Of a stretch of 64,000 nucleotides of DNA, positions 38,391 to 45,553 are shown piece after piece. Made by a program: the position numbers and the translations under genes. The stretch lies in NCBI RefSeq assembly GCF_036823965.1, contig NZ_DAITBE010000012.1, positions 18,522-82,521 on the forward strand, given 5' to 3'. The notes under the pieces were generated by a model. It worked only from the letters and a program-made list of their open reading frames with translations, searched no databases and was not told the DNA's origin. This DNA comes from Microbacterium sp. (GTDB lineage Bacteria; Actinomycetota; Actinomycetes; Actinomycetales; Microbacteriaceae). The stretch's first letter is position 1; every line of letters starts with the position of its first letter.

Positions 38391-41114
38391 GTGTTCTCGA
38401 CGATGATGACCGATTCGCAGACGACTGCCGTCCCCTCACGCCCCTCGCTCGGCGTCCGCATCGGACGCATCGCGTTCCTCGTGGTGGCCGGCATCGTCGT
38501 GGTCGCGGTCGCCGCGGCGTTCTTCGTCACCTGGACGATCCAGCGCTCGTTCCCGCAGACGTCCGGCTCGCTCGAACTCGACGGCCTCTCCGCCGAGGTC
38601 ACGGTGCAGCGCGATTCGCAGGGCATTCCGACCATCACGGCTGACACCACGGGCGACCTGTTCTTCGCCGAAGGCTTCGTGCACGCGCAGGACCGGTTCT
38701 TCGAGATGGACTTCCGACGCCACGTCACGGCAGGACGCGTCGCCGAGATGTTCGGTGAATCGCAGGCGGGAACGGATGCCTTCCTCCGCACGCTCGGCTG
38801 GCGCACGGTCGCCGAGGCCGAAGTCGACGCGATGGACGAGACGACCCTCGGCTACTACGAGGCATACGCCGACGGGGTGAACGCGTATCTCGCATCGCGC
38901 TCCGGAGCGGAGCTCTCATTGGAATATGCCGTGATCGGCATGCAGAATCCGGACTATCGACCCGAACCCTGGGAGCCGGCGGATTCGGTCGCCTGGCTCA
39001 AGGCCATGGCCTGGGACCTCCGCGGCAACATCGAGGACGAGACCGAGCGCGCTCTGCTCGCCGCCGAACTCGACGGCGGCGACGGTGCGACTGCCACCCC
39101 GGAGACGCAGGCCCTCCTGGAGAAGCTCTATCCCGCGTATCCCTTCGACGAGAATCCCGTGATCGTGCCGAAGATCACGGCCGTGCAGGAGGGCGGCACC
39201 GACGCGGACGCCGCGTCGGCCACGCTGCCGGACGACACCGGCATCCAGGAGGCGAGCACCACGATCGAGTGGGAGGAGACCTCCAGCGTGATCGAGGCGG
39301 CGAGCATCCTGGTCGGCGACGTGGGTGAGGGGATCGGATCGAACTCGTGGGTCGTCTCCGGCTCGCTCACCGAATCGGGGATGCCGCTGCTGGCCAACGA
39401 TCCGCACCTCGGCGCCTCGCTGCCGTCGGTCTGGTACCAGGTGCAGCTCAAGTGCTCGACGGTCGATGACGAGTGCCCCTTCGATGTCGGCGGGTTCTCG
39501 TTCTCAGGGCTCCCAGGGGTCGTCATCGGCCACAACCAGAGCATCGCCTGGGGCTTCACCAACCTCACCACCGACGTGACCGACCTGTACGTCGAGCGGA
39601 TCGAAGGCGACCAGTACTGGCGTGACGGCGCGCTCGTGCCGCTGGAGGAACGCACCGAGACCATCAAGGTCGCGGGTGGTGACGACATCGAGCTGACCAT
39701 CCGGTCGACCGGCCACGGACCGATCATCTCCGGACTGACCGACGCCTCCTCCGCGATCGCGGAGGACCCGCTTCCGGGACTGACGGCGGACCCTTCGACG
39801 GGCTCAGGGGCCCAGGAGGGGACTTCAGGGACCCAGGAGGGGACTTCAGGGACCCAGGTGGTGCCGCCCGGGAGCGGCGCAGATGCCGAGTACGCGGTGA
39901 GCCTTCGGTGGACCGCCCTCGACCCCGGCACCGCCGCGACCGCCATCTTCGCGCTCTCGACCGCGCAGGACTTCGAGGGCTTCCGTGCTGCGGCATCTCT
40001 CTTCGATGTCCCGGCGCAGAACCTCATCTACGCCGACACCTCCGGCAACATCGGCTACCAGACCCCTGGTCGACTGCCGATCCGCGGAGCTGGTGACGGA
40101 TGGATGCCGCAGCCCGGTTGGGACAGCAGCTACGACTGGACCGGGTTCATCCCCTTCGAGGAGCTGCCGGTGTCGTACAACCCGAGCTCGGGCTACATCG
40201 TGACGGCGAACAACGCGATCGTCGCTGACGACTACGCGTACTTCCTCTCGCGCGACTGGGACTACGGCTACCGTGCGGCACGCATCGTGCACCTGATCGA
40301 GCGCAGGGCGGCAGTCGCACCGCTCACCGCCGAGGACATGCGCGAGATCCAGATGGACAGCGAGATGTGGATCGGCAAGCGGCTGGCCACCGCACTCGGC
40401 GACATCGAGGTGTCCGGTGCCGGGCCGAAGGCCGCCGTCGACCTGCTGCAGACCTGGGATGCGCAGAACGCGGCGTCGTCCGCCGGCGCCGCCTATGCGA
40501 ACGTGCTGTGGTCGAACCTCGTGCAGAACGTCTTCGCCGACCGCGAGCAGCCGCTGCCGAGCGACGGGCAGGGACGACTGTTCACGGTCGTCTCGACCAT
40601 GCTCGACGACCCCGCCGATCCGCTCTGGACCAACGAGAAGCTCGGCGTCGCCGGCATGCCCGAGATGCTCGCACGGTCGGCGGAGGATGCCTACGACGAG
40701 CTGTCCGCCAGACAGGGCACCGACGTCGACCGGTGGAACTGGGGCGACCTGCACGCGATCACGCTCACGAGCGACACGCTCGGCTCATCCGGCATCGCAC
40801 CGATCGAGGCACTGTTCAACCGCGGCCCGTACCCGGTGAGCGGCGGGGCCTCGGTCGTGAACGCGACGGGTTGGGAGATCGGATCCGACTACTCGACGAC
40901 GACGGTCCCGTCGATGCGCATGGTCGTCGATCTCGCCGACCTGGACGCCTCATCGTGGAACCATCTGACCGGCGCATCGGGGCATGCGTTCCACGCGAAC
41001 TACGTGGATCAGACTGCGGACTGGGCAGCCGGCGTGCAGCGGCCGTGGGCCTTCTCGCCGAAGCAGGTGGATGCCGCGACCGTCGACACGCTGGTGCTGA
41101 CGCCGGCGGGCTGA
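38391..41114 (+). CDS. penicillin acylase family Ntn-hydrolase (penicillin/AHL acylase-like), membrane-anchored or secreted
   Basis: 907 aa with an N-terminal signal-anchor (IAFLVVAGIVVVAVAAAFFV). Alpha-subunit motifs (GIPTITADTTGDLFFAEGFVHAQDRFFEMD). Predicted beta-subunit N-terminal nucleophile in GS-NSWVVSG...PLLANDPHL. GTG start; ATG at 38403 is the alternative. Confidence 0.85.
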   Translation: MFSTMMTDSQTTAVPSRPSLGVRIGRIAFLVVAGIVVVAVAAAFFVTWTIQRSFPQTSGSLELDGLSAEVTVQRDSQGIPTITADTTGDLFFAEGFVHAQDRFFEMDFRRHVTAGRVAEMFGESQAGTDAFLRTLGWRTVAEAEVDAMDETTLGYYEAYADGVNAYLASRSGAELSLEYAVIGMQNPDYRPEPWEPADSVAWLKAMAWDLRGNIEDETERALLAAELDGGDGATATPETQALLEKLYPAYPFDENPVIVPKITAVQEGGTDADAASATLPDDTGIQEASTTIEWEETSSVIEAASILVGDVGEGIGSNSWVVSGSLTESGMPLLANDPHLGASLPSVWYQVQLKCSTVDDECPFDVGGFSFSGLPGVVIGHNQSIAWGFTNLTTDVTDLYVERIEGDQYWRDGALVPLEERTETIKVAGGDDIELTIRSTGHGPIISGLTDASSAIAEDPLPGLTADPSTGSGAQEGTSGTQEGTSGTQVVPPGSGADAEYAVSLRWTALDPGTAATAIFALSTAQDFEGFRAAASLFDVPAQNLIYADTSGNIGYQTPGRLPIRGAGDGWMPQPGWDSSYDWTGFIPFEELPVSYNPSSGYIVTANNAIVADDYAYFLSRDWDYGYRAARIVHLIERRAAVAPLTAEDMREIQMDSEMWIGKRLATALGDIEVSGAGPKAAVDLLQTWDAQNAASSAGAAYANVLWSNLVQNVFADREQPLPSDGQGRLFTVVSTMLDDPADPLWTNEKLGVAGMPEMLARSAEDAYDELSARQGTDVDRWNWGDLHAITLTSDTLGSSGIAPIEALFNRGPYPVSGGASVVNATGWEIGSDYSTTTVPSMRMVVDLADLDASSWNHLTGASGHAFHANYVDQTADWAAGVQRPWAFSPKQVDAATVDTLVLTPAG
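39791..39858 (+). repeat. family A repeat arm embedded in frame within the acylase gene
   Basis: CCCTTCGACGGGCTCAGGGGCCCAGGAGGGGACTTCAGGGACCCAGGAGGGGACTTCAGGGACCCAGG. This has the same unit structure as the right arm of the 29957-30044 element. It is translated as PSTGSGAQEGTSGTQEGTSGTQ. Confidence 0.85.
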
Positions 41115-41118
41115 GGCC

Positions 41119-41180
41119 GGGCCCCTGAGCCTGGGCCCCTGAGCCTGTCGAAGGGAGACGGGCGAAGGGTCCGCTCAGCC
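41119..41180. repeat. family A repeat copies (reverse orientation) after the acylase stop
   Basis: GGGCCCCTGAGCCTGGGCCCCTGAGCCTGTCGAAGGG (41119-41155), followed by GCGAAGGGTCCGCTCAGCC. Confidence 0.75.
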
Positions 41181-41200
41181 GGGTCGGCTAGCGTTGATGG

Positions 41201-41962
41201 GTGCCATCCAGTTACCTCGCCCCGAAGGGCACCCCAGTCACGCTCCTCGAGTTCGAGCACGCCGGAGCGACGCTGATCGCTGAATCCTTCGGCGAGGGTG
41301 CGCACACGTTCCTGCTGCTGCACGGCATCGGCATGGGCCGCAGCGTCTATCTCGATGTGGTGCAGCGCCTCCGCGGCCGCGTGATCGCCCTCGATCTCCC
41401 TGGGTTCGGCGAGGCACCGGAGCCCACGCGCAACCTGACGATGGAGCGGCACGCCGACCTCGTCGCAGCGTACCTGCGTCACGTCGGCGCCGACCCCGTC
41501 GTGGTGATCGGACACTCGATGGGCAGCCAGATCGGGGCAGAGCTGGCTGCGCGGCATCCGTCCCTCGTCGAAGGCGTGATCCTCGCGGGCCCGACGGTCA
41601 ACAAGGCCGCCCGCAACATCGCCGCGCAGGCCAGCTATCTGCTGACCGACCTGGTCGGCGAGCGCCCGCTCGTGATCTGGCGCGGGGCACGGGAGTACCT
41701 GCGTGGCGGACCGCACCTGATCCGCAAGATGCGCGCCACCATCGTGCATCAGCCGGAGAAGGCCTTCGCGCGCATCGACTGCCCCGTGCTGGTGCTGCGC
41801 GGGGAAGACGACCCGCTCGCGCCGATGAGCTGGTGCCAGGAGATCATCGACGAGATCCCCGGCGCGCAGCTGGAAGTGATTCCCGACCACGGTCACGGCA
41901 CGCTGATCAGCGACTCCCAGCCGGCCGCACGCCTCATCCAGGCCTTCGCCGACGCGCTCTGA
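41201..41962 (+). CDS. alpha/beta hydrolase fold protein
   Basis: 253 aa with a GTG start. HGIGMG oxyanion region, nucleophile elbow GHSMGS, and C-terminal DHGHG with the catalytic His. Confidence 0.8.
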   Translation: MPSSYLAPKGTPVTLLEFEHAGATLIAESFGEGAHTFLLLHGIGMGRSVYLDVVQRLRGRVIALDLPGFGEAPEPTRNLTMERHADLVAAYLRHVGADPVVVIGHSMGSQIGAELAARHPSLVEGVILAGPTVNKAARNIAAQASYLLTDLVGERPLVIWRGAREYLRGGPHLIRKMRATIVHQPEKAFARIDCPVLVLRGEDDPLAPMSWCQEIIDEIPGAQLEVIPDHGHGTLISDSQPAARLIQAFADAL

Positions 41963-41979
41963 CGCGGCAGCACCCGACG

Positions 41980-42156
41980 TCAGGGGTAGCGGCGGAACAT
42001 GACGAAGTCCCTGTCGGACTCGTCGAGCGCTTTCGTCAGCGCCGGGTCGACCGCGAAACCGTCAGGGTCTGGCTTCCTCGCCGGGCGGGGACGCCGCATC
42101 AGCACCCCGAACCACACGGCGGTGATCGCCACGAAGATCACGAAGAACGTCTCCAT
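41980..42156 (-). CDS. small single-TM hypothetical protein just downstream of mrpG
   Basis: Track ORF 41980..42183 trimmed to Met10 (METFFVIFVAITAVWFGVLM...). High GC3. Starts 41 nt after the mrpG stop on the same strand. No clear SD sequence. Confidence 0.45.
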   Translation of the reverse strand: METFFVIFVAITAVWFGVLMRRPRPARKPDPDGFAVDPALTKALDESDRDFVMFRRYP

Positions 42157-42197
42157 GCTGGCACGGTAGCCTGCCGCGGACACGCTGTCCAGAGCAG

Positions 42198-42587
42198 TCA
42201 GCCGGCAGCGGGCGGGGTCTGCTTCGAGTCCGCGAGCTCGTCGACCACGAGCGTGTGCTGATCGGTGGTGCCGTTGCGATACGCCTGGCGGCCGACCATG
42301 TGCGCCGACAGCGGCGCGGTCGCGAACTGCATCAGCACGACCGGCGTCACCAGGGCGAGGCCCAGGAGGATGCCGCCGACGCTGCGCTGCGACAGCGCGA
42401 CCGCGAGGCAGATCAGCACCAGGCCGAGCACCTGCGGCTTCGTCGCCGCGTGCAGCCGCGACGGCACGTCACGGAAGTGCAGCAGTCCGACCGCAGCAGA
42501 GAGGCAGAGGATCGCACCGAGCAGGATCAGCACGAGCACGGCCACGTCGATGACGGAGTCGGGGATCATCAGACCGAAGACGTTCAT
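42198..42587 (-). CDS. mrpG: Na+/H+ antiporter Mrp subunit G
   Basis: Track ORF trimmed to Met115 (MNVFGLMIPDSVIDVAVLVLILLGAILCLSAAVGLLHFRDVPSRLHAATK). ATGA overlap with mrpF. Confidence 0.85.
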   Translation of the reverse strand: MNVFGLMIPDSVIDVAVLVLILLGAILCLSAAVGLLHFRDVPSRLHAATKPQVLGLVLICLAVALSQRSVGGILLGLALVTPVVLMQFATAPLSAHMVGRQAYRNGTTDQHTLVVDELADSKQTPPAAG

Positions 42588-42853
42588 GGTGCCGTGTTGT
42601 CCCTTCTCGCGACGAAACGGGCGACCGCGATCGAGCCGAAGACGCCGATCGCGGCGATGATCAGCATCACCGGGATGCTGCGGGTGTGGCCGTTGATCGC
42701 CATCTCGGCACCGAGCACGCACATCACCTCGGTGAGCAGCACGTCGGAGGCGACCGCTCGGTCGAGGATCGACGGGCCGCGCACGACACGGATCAGCGTG
42801 AGGATCGCTGCGATACCGAACACGATCATGATCAGGAGCAGCAGCACGTTCAT
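42584..42853 (-). CDS. mrpF: Na+/H+ antiporter Mrp subunit F
   Basis: 89 aa: MNVLLLLIMIVFGIAAILTLIRVVRGPSILDRAVASDVL. Confidence 0.85.
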   Translation of the reverse strand: MNVLLLLIMIVFGIAAILTLIRVVRGPSILDRAVASDVLLTEVMCVLGAEMAINGHTRSIPVMLIIAAIGVFGSIAVARFVARRDNTAP

Positions 42854-43434
42854 CGGACACCGCCCTTCTTGCCGACGGCGCGTTCATCGGCCCTGAGTGC
42901 ACGGTACTGCGCAGGGTCTCCGAGCGCACGCACGATCCGGCGCTCCCAGAGCAGCACGCCGTCTCGCTGCTTCTCGACGTCTGCCCGGTTGCGCACGCCG
43001 ATCACGTGCAGGTAGAGGATGCGGCGGTCGCGGTCGGCCTCGACGATGAGCGATCCGGGGATCAGCGAGGAGGTGACGGCGACGTGCGTCATGACCAGAT
43101 CGTCGGCGTAGCGCAGTGGAACCGCGATGATCGCGGCCCCCGGCTGTCGGCGGAAGTCGAACACCTGCACCGTGACCGAGAGCGCACCCCGCACCACCGC
43201 GAACAGGAACTGGACCACGAACAGGAAGCCGTACCAGAGGTTGATCCGGCCGGAGAGTGCGATCGTCGGCAGCCGGAAGACCCTCGTGACGAAGATCGCG
43301 ACGACGAGTCCGGTGAGAAACGACAGCACGGTGAACTGCGCCCACAGCAGCATCCAGAGCACCACGAGCCACGCGAGGAACGGCAGCTGCGCGCCGATGT
43401 CGCGCCACAGGTGACCCTTGTTGCGCGGACTCAT
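42850..43434 (-). CDS. mrpE: Na+/H+ antiporter Mrp subunit E
   Basis: 194 aa. It has an MnhE-like layout and overlaps both neighbours by 4 nt. Confidence 0.85.
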   Translation of the reverse strand: MSPRNKGHLWRDIGAQLPFLAWLVVLWMLLWAQFTVLSFLTGLVVAIFVTRVFRLPTIALSGRINLWYGFLFVVQFLFAVVRGALSVTVQVFDFRRQPGAAIIAVPLRYADDLVMTHVAVTSSLIPGSLIVEADRDRRILYLHVIGVRNRADVEKQRDGVLLWERRIVRALGDPAQYRALRADERAVGKKGGVR

Positions 43435-44984
43435 CCGTCCACCTCATCCTGCAGCTGCACCAGGCTGACCGGCTCGAGGAGCGTCGCACCGATCCGATCG
43501 CACAGGGCATAGAGGGGTCCGGCGAAGACCGTGAGCGCGACGGTCACGCCGACCATGCCGGCGGTCGAGACGGTCATGATCTTCGGGATGCGGCGGCGCT
43601 CCTGCTGCTCATCCGCGGCCGGCGCGTTGCCGAGGTAGGAGATGCGTCCCTCGGTCTCGGTCGAGTCCTCCTCCTCGCGCCAGAAGGCGAGGTTCCAGGC
43701 GCGCATCAGCGCGTAGAGCGTGAGCAGCGAGGTGACGATGCCACCGATGATCAGCACGATCATGAGCGGGGTGCCGACGGACGCCGCCGCCTCGAAGAGC
43801 GCGAACTTGCCGATGAACCCGGAGAACGGCGGAAGTCCGCCCAGGTTGATGGCCGGCACGAAGTAGAGCACGGCGATCACCGGTGCGACCTTCAGCAGCC
43901 CCTTCACCCTGAGGATCGAGGTGCTGCCGGCTCGACGTTCCACGAGTCCCACCGCAAGGAACAGCGTCGTCTGCACGACGATGTGGTGGACGATGTAGTA
44001 CACCGTCGCGCCGATCGCGGCCGGCGTCGCGATCGCCAGGCCGAAGATCATGTACCCGACGTGACTCACGAGGGTGAACGACAGGATTCGTTTGAGCTCC
44101 GCCTGCGCGACGGCACCCAGTACTCCCACGATCATGGTCGCGAGCGCCACGATCAGCAGCAGCGTGTCGATGCTGTTGTCGGCGAACAGCTGCGTCTCGG
44201 TGCGGATCAGCGCGTACACGCCGACCTTGGTCAGCAGACCGGCGAAGACCGCAGTGACCGGGGCGGGAGCGGTCGGGTAGGAGTCGGGCAGCCAGAACGA
44301 GACCGGGAAGATCGCGGCCTTGATGCCGAAGGCGATCACGAGCATCAGGTGCAGCACCAGCTGCGTCTCCTGCGGGAGCTCGGTCATCCGCTCGGCGATC
44401 TGCGCCATGTTCACGGTGCCGAGCGCGCCGTAGATCATGGCGATCGCTGCGAGGAACAGGATCGACGACACCAGCGACACGACGATGTACACCGCGCCGG
44501 TGCGGATGCGGGATTCGGTGCTGCCGAGCGTGATGAGCACGTACGACGCCACGAGCAGGATCTCGAAGCCGACGTAGAGGTTGAACAGATCGCCCGCGAT
44601 GAACGCGTTGAAGATACCGGCGGCGAGGATCAGGTACGAGGGGTTGAAGATCGAGATCGGGGTCTCGTCAGTGCCGTCGGCGACACCCTGACCGATCGAG
44701 AACAGGAGCACCGCGAGCAGCACGATGCTCGAGATCAGCACCAGCAGGGCCGCGAGCCGGTCGACGTAGAGCACGATGCCGAAGGGCACCGGCCAGCCTC
44801 CGACCGAGACAGCGATGGGCGCTCCGGCATCCACCGCCACGAGCAGCACGGCTGCGATCACCGAGACCGCGGCGAGCGTCAGGACCGTGACGAGCACCTG
44901 CAGTCGTGCGTTGCGACCGAAGATCAGGGTGATCGCGGCGCCGAGCAGCGGCAGGCCGACGAGCAGGGGAACGAGCACGCTCAC
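43431..44984 (-). CDS. mrpD: Na+/H+ antiporter Mrp subunit D (NuoM/N-like)
   Basis: 517 aa proton-pumping-subunit fold (FNLYVGFEILLVASYVLI, WLPDSYPTAPAPVTAVFAGLLTKVGVY). Confidence 0.9.
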   Translation of the reverse strand: MSVLVPLLVGLPLLGAAITLIFGRNARLQVLVTVLTLAAVSVIAAVLLVAVDAGAPIAVSVGGWPVPFGIVLYVDRLAALLVLISSIVLLAVLLFSIGQGVADGTDETPISIFNPSYLILAAGIFNAFIAGDLFNLYVGFEILLVASYVLITLGSTESRIRTGAVYIVVSLVSSILFLAAIAMIYGALGTVNMAQIAERMTELPQETQLVLHLMLVIAFGIKAAIFPVSFWLPDSYPTAPAPVTAVFAGLLTKVGVYALIRTETQLFADNSIDTLLLIVALATMIVGVLGAVAQAELKRILSFTLVSHVGYMIFGLAIATPAAIGATVYYIVHHIVVQTTLFLAVGLVERRAGSTSILRVKGLLKVAPVIAVLYFVPAINLGGLPPFSGFIGKFALFEAAASVGTPLMIVLIIGGIVTSLLTLYALMRAWNLAFWREEEDSTETEGRISYLGNAPAADEQQERRRIPKIMTVSTAGMVGVTVALTVFAGPLYALCDRIGATLLEPVSLVQLQDEVDG

Positions 44985-45553
44985 GAGCGATCCTCCCCGT
45001 CGTCGGCCGGCTTGCGCTGCGGGTGCGGCTCGTCATCACCCGTGTACGGGCGCGACGGCAGGTCGGTGGGGGCGTCGTCCTGGATGGCGGAGTGGTCTCG
45101 CATGTGGAGCACCGTGATCGGGGCGGTCTGCACGCCCACGAAGTCGGTGGTGGCCTCGTCGTCTTCCGTGTCTGCCTCGTCGTCCATGAGGTCTTCGTCT
45201 GCATCGGTGCGCTCGCGGAGCGCGATGTCGGCCTCGTCGTCCTCGACCGTGTCGGCCTGACCCAGCTGCCAGGACCGGTAGATGAGCGCGAGCAGGAAAG
45301 CGGAGACGGCGAAGGTGATCACGATCGCGGTGAGGGTGAGCGCCTGAGGCAGCGGGTCGCTCACATCTCCGTCTGCGTCGTAGAACGGGGCCCGTCCCGG
45401 CACGCCCATCACGATCAGCAGCAGCAGGTTGGTGGCGTTGCCGAGCAGTAGGAAGCCGATGAGGACGCGGGTGAGACTGCGTTCGAGCATCGCGTAGACG
45501 CCGCAGGCGAAGAGCACCGCCATGATGACGATCAGGGTCAGCGAGACATCCAT
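44981..45553 (-). CDS. mrpC: Na+/H+ antiporter Mrp subunit C (NuoK-like) with a roughly 90-aa acidic C-terminal extension
   Basis: The N-terminal 100 aa are NuoK-like. The tail reads DTVEDDEADIALRERTDADEDLMDDEADTEDDEATTDF... Confidence 0.85.
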   Translation of the reverse strand: MDVSLTLIVIMAVLFACGVYAMLERSLTRVLIGFLLLGNATNLLLLIVMGVPGRAPFYDADGDVSDPLPQALTLTAIVITFAVSAFLLALIYRSWQLGQADTVEDDEADIALRERTDADEDLMDDEADTEDDEATTDFVGVQTAPITVLHMRDHSAIQDDAPTDLPSRPYTGDDEPHPQRKPADDGEDRS

